This document shows, one piece after another, positions 36,590 through 49,640 of a stretch of 64,000 bases of DNA. The DNA is taken from contig NW_019091359.1 of NCBI RefSeq assembly GCF_001949145.1, positions 3,512,431-3,576,430 on the forward strand. The letters run 5' to 3'. The translations under genes were made by a program, and so were the position numbers. The notes beneath the pieces were generated by a model. That model had not been told where the DNA came from, ran no database searches, and was given only the letters and a program-made list of their open reading frames with translations. Within the stretch, counting starts at the first letter, position 1; every line of letters begins with the position of its first letter. The stretch is from Acanthaster planci (lineage: Eukaryota).

Positions 36590-38434
36590 GAAAAATACGA
36601 AGATGTATCTTATAACACCACTTGATGAAAATTTTACTCAGTGCTAAAAACGTTTCTTTCACGATCAACTGGGTGCTGCCATGTTAGTCTCGTTCACAAA
36701 TAACTTTATATTGTGGGGGATAGAAAAGTACAATAATACTAAATCATTAAAATTATGAAAAGCTTTAGTTTATATTATTTGGATATAAAATAAAAATTGT
36801 TTCAAGGGAAACAGATTTTTCAAAGGAAACACATTTTCCTGAAAAACACTATTAATTATCTAACTGCTTTTGGCTTTGGCCCGGGCGCGGCGCGCGGCGG
36901 CGATAATTAAGCGCGCGCGCGGTGGGTGGCGCCCTTCATGATCAACACTGTCGGTGTGTATGTATGTTGTGGCAGAAATGTGAGTTATATTGCCGAGTTT
37001 TGCATGCTGCAGTTGTTTTTGTCGTTAGTTCTGATACAATTTTTAGGTTCTGTTCGTTACTTTGATAAAAGTTTGCAATCTTTATTATACCTGCGGGGGG
37101 GGGGCGTCGGAACTTGAAGTTTGTACTTTTGTCGGCCAGTCATGCAGTACTTAAGTTGTAGGCTAGGCCAGTACTGAGCGAGGAAGGCTGGGCCTGGGGG
37201 GGAAGGTCGGACCCAGGAATGGCGAGGGGAGGGAGGACAGGTCACGGTTGTGTTTTCCTTTGTAAATTTCAAGTCACTTGTAGATCAAGGGACAGATGAT
37301 TTTTATAGCATGTAGAGGGGAGGTTGGATGTAAAGGTCATTGTGACTGTCAGTTTCTTGTTTGTTTTGTTAATGTGAATGAAAAGTTTTAAGGGGGGGGT
37401 AGAACTAGAACTTCGAACTATAGAAGGGTAAATTCATCCCAAGAACTATGAGGCTTTTTGTAATGCCTCTCCGATGGGTGGAACGGTAAGGTGTTTAGTT
37501 CTAGGTGAGATTATAATTAGAGTTGGACACCTGCTCACCATTAAACCAGGTCGGGGACCAAACCACAATCTTGCGACAACGCCAGACTATGCATACGCCG
37601 CTCGTTTGTGTAACAATGACATAATTTTGAATTATTTCGAGATCACGGTTCGCAGATGACATCGATCTCTTTATCGGCCAAAAACTTCAATACAATTGCT
37701 CTTATTGATCAAATTTACAGGAAACATGCTACCCAAGATCTAAAAGAAACTTCCTTTCATTTAGTAGCTATAAAAGTGGATTGAGGAGATTTTTCTGTCG
37801 AATCTTCCACTGGATGTGTCAATTTCGGTGGGCAGGCGAGTCCAATCCTGCCAATGAAAACGTTTATGTGAAAAAAAAAAGCTTTGCCTAAGTTTACTTC
37901 ATGCATGAAAATGTTGCCATTAAAAATCTCTATCGATTCACCGTGGCAAATTTCATGTTTACAGTGGTGTTTTTCCAAAATAGCAAACCAGTTTTGCCAT
38001 AGACTCGAAAAGTTATGGCAACAGTGGCCCAGTTGGCTGCTGGCATTTCAAATCTCGCTATTATCCCAAAATCGCACAGGAAAATTCCTTCATCGTCACG
38101 TGACCTGATAAAAATGATGTCATTGCCGCTTGAAAGCGACATAAGCAGAAAGTAGGGACGTCGCTAGATTGTAGCTTGGTCCATGACCTGTTTACTTCTA
38201 TTTGTTCAAAAAGGAAGTGGATGACACTTTTGCTTTGTATTTCTTAATTAATGACGTAAAATGCTTATTTTAGAAAGTCAGTGATACATAGAATGTATCC
38301 ACATCGATAACATTTGAATAGGTGTAGACCAAGTTGCCTCAAATTAATATTTGGTTAACTTTTATAGAACCTTTTCCCAACTACCACAGCAAAATGTTGA
38401 TGTTAAATAATGAATTTTTTTCCTTTTATTACAG
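36590..38434. promoter_or_regulatory. Divergent LSM8/MRPL2 promoter region with CpG-rich patches
   Basis: Head-to-head genes. GC/CpG cluster GGCCCGGGCGCGGCGCGCGGCGGCG...GCGCGCGCGCGGTGGGTGGCGCCC near 36878-36934. The MRPL2 ATG exon follows an acceptor (TTTTATTACAG, exon start 38435), so a non-coding first exon probably lies here. Confidence 0.5.
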
Positions 38435-38462
38435 AATTGCTGGTGATGTATATATAAACACA

Positions 38463-41176
38463 ATGGCACTTGCAGTATTATGCCGAAGCTTACAGTCTCT
38501 CACACTGAGAAGGCAACATGACTGTCAACAAATAATCAGGACTATTCGTCATTACATATTGAGCCCACAGATATATTCAAACCACCTGCTATCAGGACGA
38601 TTGCCAGTTAATTCAACAATGGCATCTGTCAGTCAGCTGGGACAAAGTGAATCAAAAAGCTTATTGCTCAACTTGAGAAAGTCTGAAATTCACACATCAG
38701 CTGTTGTTGGAAAGTTTGTGCCATGGAAGAATACGCCAAAATACACTATCAGGCCTCTGGGTCTGAAAAAGTCAGCTGGACGTAACAGAACAGGTTATTA
38801 TCCATGTTTCTAGTTTAATTAGATTTGTGGTTAAGCACATATCCAATACAAGTTTGACCCAGATTTCTTGTTGAAAGGCTTTAAAATTGTTCTGGCGGCT
38901 GCAGATATGATTTCATCTAAGAACTGCATAACTTTGAGTATTAAGAGACAGTCTTACAGGTTTTGCAGTAATTTTGATGGATTTAGTACCGAGTCCATTC
39001 ACCAGCCTATAGATGATATGGGGCTTCATTTCTTCATTTGGTCAAAGTACAAAGAATTGACTAAGGTTCATGGTTGTTGCATAGTGTTGACTGTTGCCTG
39101 ATTCGAAAATGCCACTACCAAAGAATCTCTAGGGTTAGGGTTAGTGCTTTCACAGAGGTTTGACCAAACCCACAGGAGGAACCAGGAAGTTTCTGCAGGT
39201 TGGCAGGGAAAGATTCAGACAAGGCTTGTAATTTTTCATAAAGAGACTCATTAAAAATTGTGTGACACAGATGACTAATTAACTAGCCTGTCTTACTGGC
39301 GGGAAATTATTTTGGGCAATTCGTGCAGTTATAAATCTAATTGGCTCATCATAAAGTCAGGTGGATTTTAATGGTTTGAGGTTAATGTAGTCATCTTGAT
39401 AATGACAACAACCCAGATCAATATGTGCCGATGAAATGTCTTCATTATCTTTATCTGAATGCTATTGTTGCGGAATGTCAGACTTTTTGTATGCCCCTTG
39501 ATGGCAGGTGTCACACAGAGATGTTGCAAGAGGTTTATGTGAATGAATGAATGAAGTCAGCAAGACACCCCCCTTACTGTTTCTTCTGTGGCCTGTCTTT
39601 TTAGGAAGAATCACAGTAACTGGACGTGGAGGGGGTCACAAACGGCGCTATCGCATGATTGACTTCAAACGTATTGGGCCAGAAAAGGGGGAACCACTTG
39701 TGGAGAAAGTGTTGGGTATTCGTTATGATCCTTGTCGGACTGCTAACATCGCTTTGATAGCTGGTGGCAATCGTAAACGTTGGATTCTAGCGACAGTCAA
39801 CATGGAAGCTGGTGACATCATCAAAACCTCGGGTGCTATTGGTAGAATGACAGGTTAGACTGAAGCAAGGGAGAAATTGACTTGTTGCTGTGTTGACTGT
39901 AGTCATATAGATAATTTCAGTTTTTTTGCAGAATTCAAACTTGCTGGAACTGCTCATACTCAAGTTAGGCAAATATGCATATTTATGGACCATACTTACT
40001 TGAAATTGATTCAGTGAACTTCTGATAACCATTTTCAGAATGACTTATTCTAGCTTGAAACAATTAGAACATGACATCCATTAGCAAGAAGCTGCATTCC
40101 TTTAGTATTGTGAAAGAAACAAGCCAAGATTCAAGATGTTTCCTTGGAATTCTTGCTGTGTCTTAAATTCCTCTTTGATATCTTCTTAGTTGCTGCAAAC
40201 GAAGGAGACGCCTACCCCTTAGGGGCTCTTCCCATAGGCTGTCTGGTCCACAACATTGAGCTCTTTGAGGGTGAAGGTGGACGCTTTGTTCGAGCAGCTG
40301 GAACAAGTGCTCAGCTTATTCGTAAGACAGGGGGTCAGGTGATTCTACAGTTACCTTCCAAACAACAAATCAGCGTCAGTGAGAAGTGTATGGCAACAGT
40401 GGGTCGTGTCTCCAATGAGAATCATAATAAAAAACCAATCGGTGAGTGTTCTATTTAAAAAATATTCAAGTTAAAGAGCTGTACTGAATTGCAAATCTAC
40501 CAACTCATATCAAATCTTAGGAGGGATGCATCCACACTACTTCAAAGCAGCTTCATAGAGATCATGAATGACTCGTCCATCTTCATCATATTCATGAGTG
40601 TAAAAACATACACTTGTTCTCTAACCCCGCCCCCATTAAAGAGTGCACAGGAAAATCATGACTGCCTTTCATTATTTTTCAGTCTTAAGTGTATTTAGGC
40701 TGTTAACCCCAGCACCTGTTTTGTTTGTTCATGATGACAAAAAAGAATGATCCCTTGGCTTGATAGACAATCTCTTGTTCCAAGGTGATTCACACAGATA
40801 TTGACATATCAGACTCCTGCAGTACCAAGCTATAATGTCTCATACATCCGCATGTCCATAGCTCTGGCTTAGCAGAAATCTTTTATGTCTGTGGTACATT
40901 GGTAAGACAGCCTTCAAAGCAGTTATACTGGAGCACTTCTTTTTTTGTATTTGTATTTCCGAATTGGTCACAGTTGATTATCTCTGATTAATAACCATTG
41001 ATGACATGATCTTCCTTATTGTAGGTAAAGCTGGTCGCAATCGATGGCTTGGCAGGCGACCATCTAGTGGTCTATGGCAGAGGAAAGGTGGTTGGGCAGG
41101 CAGAAAGATCAAACCTATTCCACCCATTAAGGTCTACCAAAGAGCCAACACAACAGGCACACATATTGATGTATGA
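38463..41176 (+). CDS. MRPL2: Mitochondrial large ribosomal subunit protein uL2m, 4 coding exons, 327 aa
   Basis: Exons 38463-38793, 39605-39853, 40190-40441, 41025-41176 (984 nt). Arg/Ser/Leu-rich transit-peptide-like N terminus; motifs [88 protein letters not shown]. Confidence 0.96.
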
Positions 41177-42641
41177 CAGTGACAGGTGAAAGTCTACACA
41201 AGGATTTGTTGTTCTTCCTAAAACCTGTCTCCACATAAGGAGAAAAATGTCATCAGTAAGTCCTCTCAGTCCTACTAGACTGTCCTCTTCTACTACATTT
41301 CGTCCTCGGTTCTACTGTAGCACCTCTACAAGGATCAGGGCATTTTTGGCGGACTGCAAATTTCTGTGCAACCAAACTGAACTGAAATTTCACCATGTAA
41401 TTTGATCTGCATGAGCATTTTCATTTGCTCAACACAAGTTTATGTTCATTGCATTATCAGTACAGTGTACTGTGACTTGGCCCTCCTTTTGCTGTAACCG
41501 TCAAACGCAGTAAAAAATTCCTTCCATTTCCCCTGTACAGTACATGTACATATCATATGTCACTTGACTGATTTTGACTGATAGAACATGTTTTGAGAGT
41601 GTATCTTTGCATAAGAGGGTTAAGCAACTGTTTATGACCAACCTGTATTTCAGCAAATGACTATTTTGCAACCTTGTTAGAGACTGTAAACTTTAAGCAC
41701 ACATTGTCTTTTCTACAGACATCTGGAGATTAAGACAGATCAAGTCCGTATTCCCACAGCTGTCTTTGAAGAGCTGTGTCTTTTATTATGAAAAAAAAAC
41801 CTAGTCTACAATTGACAATCCCTGTGTTCCTTCAATGTATGTGTAGCCGTGGAGAAAGTTTAGACCCTGCTCACCTGTTAGTGAATTTCAAAAAAGAAAC
41901 CAAATTGTCAAGAAACCACATGTATTGTACTTCTTCAAAATCAAAGCAATAGACATTTTATGAGAAGTATTGGGTAATAAATTACACAGATTCAACTACA
42001 TCATTTCCCAAATGTTGCACAATAAAAAACCAAAAGTTTACAAATTATTTAATATAAAATTCTGTTTCACTAGTTTGACTCTTGTCAAAATGACTGTGAA
42101 GGTTAAAGAGATATCAACCCGTATGCCAGAAAAAATCCACGGGAGACCAAACAGTTTTCCTGCAGTGTCAGGAGTACTGATGTAGTTCATCAGCTTTATA
42201 AACTTGTAAAAAACTGGGCAAGGATTGCCCAGGAGACTAGAATAAGTTAATTGTTCTCAAGAAAACTATAAAAATACGGCAATTTGTAATGCAACATTTA
42301 TGCAATATGATGCAACGGACATTTAATTAAGCCTGGCATCTACTCAAGAATTGTTGGTCTCAAAACAATTTCATTTAAACAAGTTTCTATAAATTTTAGT
42401 AATTGATCCTTACATTATGAAAGAAGTTTATACAAATCATAAAGTGGAGTTTTCATTCTTTACATCAATGTCATATCCGCTGTCAAAAGTGAAATAAATG
42501 TTTCTAACAGCCAAACAAAAGGCAAATTGCCAAACTCTATGAAAACAGGATCAATTATTTCTTTCAGTTGTGCATTCTACTTTTAAAAGTACAGAAATAC
42601 CCTGAAGGATAAACATGCTTATAAAAGGCTATTTTTAGAGT

Positions 42642-45600
42642 CTATGGTCTGAACATTGCAAGCATACCAACAGACAGAGTGATAAACAAACAGAACATTG
42701 AGGTATATCCTAGCATATCCACCAGCCATCCCGCTACTGACATGAAGGTTAGTTTACCCATCACTTCCAGGGTAGCTAAGGCAGTGTAGTGGGTTGCCTG
42801 GATACATAGTGGTGCATTCTGGGAGCACTGCATCATCAAGGTGAAGGTTGCAATTGTAATAGCGCCCCCTATCAGTTGCAGTAGCCACATGGCTAACACA
42901 CATGGACCTGCACAAAAGGAATATACAGATTGGTTTGAATTGATGAACTTCAGCTATTAGGGGTGGGCATAAATTTCCATGGGCCTTTGGGGTTCAAGAA
43001 AATAAAGGCATAGAAACAAATACATGGGATGTACAATCTGAACAGACACAAAAATCTTTGAAGAAAAGTCATGGAAAATTGCTAATAAACAATGAGGAAA
43101 AACACTTGTTCATAAATTGAAGAACTCTATATCAAACCACTGGGTTTTGAAAACGACACAATTTCAGTAAGTCAGACATCACCTTCACTTGAGAATGACC
43201 TCAGAACTTTATAAAGTTTGATCTGCAGTATCAGTGCCATTGTCTCCGTGTTCATGTCAGGCGTGCCCTTCTCGTAATTCTGTCTCTTGAAAATGATGCC
43301 TTCATTGTTCTCTGATGATTAAGTCATAGAGTACCAAGACCATCCAGACAGGTGCCAAGACTGTGGTGGCGCTATAATCAGGGCTGTGTTCTCAAACCTG
43401 AGACACACCTGTACATGTACCACAAGTCACAGTACCCTATAGCCCTATTTACTGATCACATGTCACAGTATTAACTATAGTGCATGTTGAGGAGATAGGT
43501 CATGATCAGTGTAGTGTACACAGCAGTCATATGCTAAGAGTAGGGGAATGGGCAGATATTTGAGTTACATTCTATCACAAGAAAAAAGGGAACAATTTTA
43601 CCGTTTTTCAGTTGAGGAAGAGTGCAGTGTATGACCATATATACATGTACATTGATGACCAAAATTCCATCTCATCACGTATGCATTGTACTGAACAGTG
43701 TTACATCCTCAGTACACAGGGCTATTAATTAAAATGGTAGGTAATGAACCGTCCATTGGCAAAGCTAGGATGTTACTAGTGGGGGGGGCACCAGCATCTT
43801 GGGGAGGGGCACCAGCTTTTAGTGGAGTGGTTTTTTGGGGGCAAGTTTTTGTTAGCCTTGTTTAATAGCCATTAATCCATTTTTTTTTCAGTGGGGGGTG
43901 CACCGGGAATTTGTGGGGGGGCCCCCCGGCCTCCCCCTGGCTACGCCACTAGAACCACCCACCCATGAGCTTGATTCAATTACAGTAATAGCTTGTAATT
44001 CTGGCTGAATTGGTCTACAAAGTTGATGTATCATCCAACTGGCTAAAAATGACTCCAATCTATCATCTATGTCAAGTCTGCGTGGAAGTCACAATACGAC
44101 CGTGGAAGACAATTGAATAATCCCTTTGTCCACGTTACACTCACCGTAGAAAGGCACACTCGTATCTGAGTAATTGCAAGATATTACTGCTGTCTGAAGA
44201 ATTAAAGGTAGGAGTCGCAGCTTCATCAGATATGGAAGGAGGTGCAAAGGTTTCAAACTGGTGACACAGAAAAGATGATAGATTATATTTGCATCAAAAG
44301 AGAGTACCGGTGCTAGACTTTAAAATGGATCAAATAGTTACTTCAAAGATACATATTTATTAAAAGGTGCTGCGTCAACTACATACAATGATGGATTCAT
44401 TCCCAATTTTTCTTTTTTTGCAGCTTAATTTATCATCTTAGTGTAAGACATCAAGACATATCGATGATGCGGTATTGCTTTTCTTTCTTAAACTTGATCT
44501 TGTCTCACTCATCCAAGGGAGCAGAGAGGATAGGAGATCACATGACATCTTGACCTTTGAACTATATCATACCTCAACTTGGGATTTGACAGCATCCAGC
44601 CACCAGCCAATGACCCTGCAATAGATAACCCTTGACTTATGACCCCACTCAGGATACCAACTTCACCGACTGGTATCCCATGGTCAATCAGGTAAAGAGG
44701 AAACATACCAACAGCTCCTTGCTCACCTGAAGAAACAATAAGTCCATTGGAGGTACAAGTACATGTTGATCACTGACTACAGCCCTAAGATTCTGTTTCA
44801 CTTGGCTATGGCTGTAAATTACACATACATGTATACCAGTGGCAACTTATTAGCTAGCAGCCACTGCCATTTCATAGACTTGTGTCTTACTGAAGACCAT
44901 TAATTCAACAGTCTATTAGGACTTGGATGAAATCAAAGATGAAGGTAGAATTCAGGTTTACAAGTTTTAAAGTGGCATGAACTTCACCATAATGACTTTG
45001 TACTTCTTGTTTTCATAACGGTAAATTACTTTGGTATTTACTCAGTTTCGGTTTTGCTTCCCCAAGCTTACCAAGTTTGTAGAAAAGTGCAAAAGCCATC
45101 ATCCACTTTGTGTGTGGAGAGTTGACAACATCAGTTATGAGTGAGGAGACTAACTGTATCTTTGAGTCCATCCTTGTTACAGGTTCCTTGTCAGTATTGC
45201 TCTGGACACTGTTGCAGTTAGATACATCGCTTTCCTTGTCAGTTTTGCACTCTCTGAGGTCACCTACGTGTAGGTGCATCACTATTATCAATGTCATGGT
45301 ATATAGAGCAGCAAGTAACACAAATAATCCACTCCATTCGGTGTGTGGCAGGAGCCAAATCAACAGTCCTCCTCCAATAATGGATCCAACCTTGTAGCCG
45401 ACAACTTGAACAGTGTTGCCAGCACCAAGTTCCGACTCGGTAAGGATGTGTATGGCTATAGCATCCACAGCAATGTCTTGAATTGACGCAGACAGATTCA
45501 GTAAGAGGATGGCAACGCAGAGTGCAACTGTCTGATCTGGTGAGATGCAGGAGGTGAATCCGCAAACTGTTGCCATGGCAACGAGACTGTAGAGTAAGTT

Positions 45601-46156
45601 GGTTTGTCGGGAGGCATAACGCTCCAAGAAAGGGGCCCACAGGACTTTCAGCATCCAGGGCAGGAGGAGGATCTTGAAGAAACCGAGGCTTGTGAGCGAT
45701 GTACCCCGAGATCGCAAAAAGATTGGCAGAAAACGAGCCTATGAGGTGAAGAAAACAATATCAATAGCATTAATATTCATAAGAAATCATCGTAAAATTA
45801 ATGCTGTAGTCAAGTTTGTCCTTTCATATGTCTCTTCACAAGACCAGTCATAAGTAACATGGTGAACAGTGACAAAGGAATGATTTTGTCACAGTTTATT
45901 TGAATAGCTTGTGACTTGGTTGAAGCATAGAGTAGTATTCTTCCTCCATGGTTCAAGCCTGGATGCATGACTACCGATGAGCTTACGGGGACTTGTGATG
46001 GACTCAACTCATTAACACGCAGAGTAAAATAGAATGAATCAAAAAGCTTAATTATAACAATCAATGACTAACCTGAAAGCCATAAGGAATTCCTTGCACA
46101 AAGTACAGCAACAGAAGACATAATATCTTACTCCTCACAGCATCACTACCGGCCAT
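42642..46156 (-). CDS. MFSD3: Major facilitator superfamily domain-containing protein 3 (AmpG/acetyl-CoA transporter-like), 5 coding exons, 427 aa
   Basis: Exons 46073-46156, 45072-45738, 44573-44726, 44145-44257, 42642-42907 (1284 nt, in phase). Motifs LYFVQGIPYGFQ, LPWMLKVLWAP, QDIAVDA, GNTVQVVGYKVGS, YKLGEQGA, TFTLMMQCSQ, QATHYTALATLEVMGKL. Confidence 0.94.
43777..43951. mobile_element. G-run-rich MITE fragment with CTGGCTACGCCACT end (MFSD3 intron)
   Basis: TAGTGG... at left and ...CCCCCTGGCTACGCCACTA at right. Similar ends occur near 55050 (CTGGATACGCCACTG) and 59632 (CAGCAGTGTAGCCAG). Confidence 0.5.
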
Positions 46157-46582
46157 CTTCAGCCTCTCTCCTTCTCATAACGACCTGAACAAATGTAAGA
46201 AATCTTCAAATCAGCTTCAAATCTTAATTAAACAAATGTAAATAAAAAGGTTATAAGTGTCAAGGCTGACTTACTCTTCCAAATGTAACCCAAATAGGGT
46301 CATGACAATCAAGAGATATTGCCTTAGTAATACTGTTTTTTCGGGGCAAACTGTTATTTGTAAAAGTGTCTACAAAACAGGGAAGGTCACGAACTTGACA
46401 ATCTCCCAGTTTCTAGTAATACTCCTTTTTAAATTTAAAACGGAGACCAATGTTTACAATTGACGTAGTTAAACCACCTCCATTAGACATGTAGGCCTAC
46501 ACTCTACCCTATTTGTTAGTAAGTAGTTCTGCAAGCAACTGCTGTGTTGACAACATGTACCACTGAGCAAAAACTAGGTGCC

Positions 46583-46720
46583 CGGAGTTGCTTACTTGAG
46601 TCATGTGACTTGCACTCGAGTCGGATTCGTGTCGCTATTTTTGTGACTTGACTTGTAAATACCAGCTTTGACTTGTGACTTGACTTGGACTAGCAAAAAA
46701 ATGACTTGCTGCCACCTCTG
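46583..46720. mobile_element. Short copy of the GACTTG-rich element
   Basis: Shares GTCGCTATTTTTGTGACTTG, ATACCAGCTTTGACTTGTGACTTGAC and AAAAAATGACTT.CTGCCACCTCTG with 17957-18315. Confidence 0.8.
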
Positions 46721-47246
46721 ACGTGTCCAAAGTGGGCTTCCAGTGCTACGACTAGCACTAGGTTAATTGTCTGTGCATCTCTGCATATTTCCAGTGGAGC
46801 AAAGACCTACACCTAGCTCAAGACAACAGATATGGATGCTATCCAGTTCGCATACATTTCAGATGTGATATCACTTCAACCTACACCCACTGCATAGTAC
46901 AGAGTAATTTAATAGGCCTTCATGGAACCATGGAATTTAATTGAAGTTAGCATGCAACAGTCTTTAGTGTTTGTCTAAGAGCCCACATCACTTACGAACA
47001 GGATAGGGGCCAAAAACGAACTTGTGGAGACATTTTTTTATCGCTCCACGGGTCTTAAGTTGACTGCTGGTTGCCCGGCATACCAGCCCCGCATGCCTGG
47101 AGGTTGGTACTTTGGTAGCCCCAGACTGGGGGGCCAGTCTACCGGACTAGCTCCGTGTGCCAGCTTGCCGAGTGAGGATGTAGTCCAGTGGACTGGCCCC
47201 ACTAATAACACATGTAGAGATTAGTGACTGGCCCCCTGGGGCTAGC

Positions 47247-47388
47247 CATATNNNNNNNNNNNNNNNNNNNNNNNNNNNNNNNNNNNNNNNNNNNNNNNNN
47301 NNNNNNNNNNNNNNNNNNNNNNNNNNNNNNNNNNNNNNNNNNNNNNNNNNNNNNNNNNNNNNNNNNNNNNCATTTCTTGCTGGGTATA
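47247..47388. mobile_element. hAT-like MITE (same family as 56829-57014), spanning the assembly gap 47252-47370
   Basis: Starts CATAT and ends CATTTCTTGCTGGGTATA, flanked by the perfect 8-bp direct repeat GGGCTAGC (47239-47246, 47389-47396). Confidence 0.8.
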
Positions 47389-48068
47389 GGGCTAGCTCCA
47401 CACGTAGAGCTGTAGTGGCGCTCTTTTACAAAACAGACAGATTGTAAAAGCATGGAGGAAGGAGGGGAACCACCACAGCCCTACGTCATGTACGTGTGGG
47501 GCTATACCCAGGGGCTAGCCTGAAAAACAGAGAAAATCCCAAAATTGTTTTAAATAATGCTGGACTAAGATACCATAAAACTAGTGTAATGATGGCAGAC
47601 CTAATGTAGTACATATTTGTCTCAAGTTACTGGATTAGTGCTAAACTGCTAAAAGTGTCCAGTTCTTTTTTCAGATTCTGTGCCTGTTGCCTACTTAGCC
47701 CATGGTTAGCCATGTGTACTTCGTGCGTAGAGATGAGTACCCGTACCACGTAGTGCCTACTGGAGCTTCACTTGTCAGCGCGCTCAGCGCATGTGCAGGG
47801 CACTAATACAGTATGCGGGAAACCGATCAACTACAGAGGGCTCTATTTACGGGACGATGGTCCTCGGATCTGTGATGGATTTCAGTTTTTATATGGTTGT
47901 ACTGCCAGCATTCGTACGCTGTCCCATACGGAGCGCATAATGTTGCAGAATTTAACCAAATCTTTTATTGGATCTTTTCCGTTTGCCTACCTGGCCAAAC
48001 AATGGAGATCGGAGACGCTGTTATTACATTGACGTAAGATTTCAGAATACTTGGTTAAACCAGGGCAT

Positions 48069-48795
48069 TTTTGCGAGTTATTTAAATAATCGTAAACAAT
48101 GTACTAAATTCAACAATTGCCTGTCTAGTTTGAAACCCATCTCACTGCGGAGTACCCCAGGGCTCTCTACTGGGACGTTTGCTCTTTATTTATATTAATG
48201 ATATCTCAAAAACATCAGACCTGTTATCTTTTATATTATATGCCGATGACACCAGTTTATTTTATTGAAACAAGGATATTAATTCTCTATATAATATTGT
48301 TAATACCGAATTGGTCAGTATATGTGATTGGTTAAAAGCAAATCGTTTATCTCTTAATTTATCTAAATGTAGTTATATAATTTATATATAATTTTCTGCC
48401 TGTCAATTTAACATTAAATACTCTGGTCCCTAACTTTGGAATATTCTACCATCCTCACTAAGATTTTCAAGATCAAAAACCATCTTTAAGCGGCAACTTA
48501 AGATCTTTCTCATGTAAAGCAATATAATTTTCATTGTCACAATGACTACTTCTGATCATATTCATAGCCATGAAAATTAACTTAACTTTTTCATAGTCCA
48601 TCTTCAATAATTACTCTATAATTGCCTAGAGCTACAATAATTTGCTGTTTCTTATAGTAATTTGTATGTATGTTTTGTTTAATGGCGTGCCTAACACAAG
48701 CTTTGCTTTTAAGGTGTTGCCACCTCTACTGGCATATATATGTCTTTTAGACTTGTCTTATTATTGTTATTTCTGCCACTGGAGGAAATAAATGT
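48069..48795 (+). mobile_element. Decayed, internally deleted CR1/L2-group LINE (reverse transcriptase and ORF2 C-terminal fragments)
   Basis: Translation with frameshifts and stops: SYLNNRKQC...GVPQGSLLG...IYINDI...LYADDTSLF...DWLKANRLSLNLSKCSYII, then IKYSGP*LWNILP...FKRQLK and a 3' tail to AATAAA near 48787. Confidence 0.85.
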
Positions 48796-49079
48796 GTTTG
48801 TGACCAGGCATGTTTCGGAAAATTGTTCCTAGAGGTTTCTCTTCATAGAAAACGATTCTGTAACCATCGGATCTACAGAATGCAGACATTGGGCATTCCT
48901 TGTCCGGGATTACCGATTTCTGTGCGATCACAGAAAGTGAGGATTTCAAGCGGTTCCTTTCGAACTAACAGGATCCAGTGAAAAAAGTGTAGCTTCTTAG
49001 GCTGCGCTTTAAAACCAGTATGTTTTTGTATACACAATGCAGTGGTATAGTGTTTGATTGTGGAATATGATGCTACTTA

Positions 49080-49640
49080 AATTTCGTCTACGGGTTTGAA
49101 CTCTGTCGATGATGAGACCGCATGTAGGGCTGATATAACTCAGTTTTAAAATTGACGTGATGATCATTTAGGAATTAACGATCAAAGAACAAAGGAGATT
49201 ATTTTTGACTTCCGGAAAGACTACTGCTACATCTCTGAAGATCAGAAATGGGGATGTAGAGGTTGTTATGTTGCCTATATCACAAGTACCTTGGGACTTT
49301 CAACTTAGATGAGGATTGAGCAGGAACGTATACATAAATACTTAGCATTGTGTTGAAAAGCATTTCAAAGGCCTGACGTTCTTACGTAAACCCACACCTT
49401 TTCAGATTGACCTCGATATCGTCTCTTTGTTCTATGAAAGCGTTATCTAATCAACTATAACATTTACCATTACTGCATGTTGTAATTCTGTGATCAACAA
49501 TCTGAAGATACTGAGGAGGATCTGCAGATTTTCTGGACACGTCCTTTATAAACTCTGCGAAAAATTACGAATAGGTCAGGGAGGACTGTGTCATCATTTT
49601 AAACGTACTAACCGAAACAAATTTTCAATATTTACAATTT
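49080..49640 (+). mobile_element. Decayed LINE ORF2 fragment, Rex1/Babar-like
   Basis: Pieces INDQRTKEIIFDFRK, IRNGDVEVV, HKYLG, LRK, SLFYESVI*STITF.I.AC and RTNR resemble the post-RT region of Rex1/Babar elements. Heavily disrupted. Confidence 0.65.

Noticed and set aside
39131..39144. AGGGTTAGGGTTAG telomere-like motif
   Set aside because: Only about two units, too short to call an interstitial telomeric repeat.
45110..45640. Overlapping alternative-frame and antisense ORFs within the large MFSD3 exon
   Set aside because: Expected shadow ORFs of a real coding exon, with no independent support.
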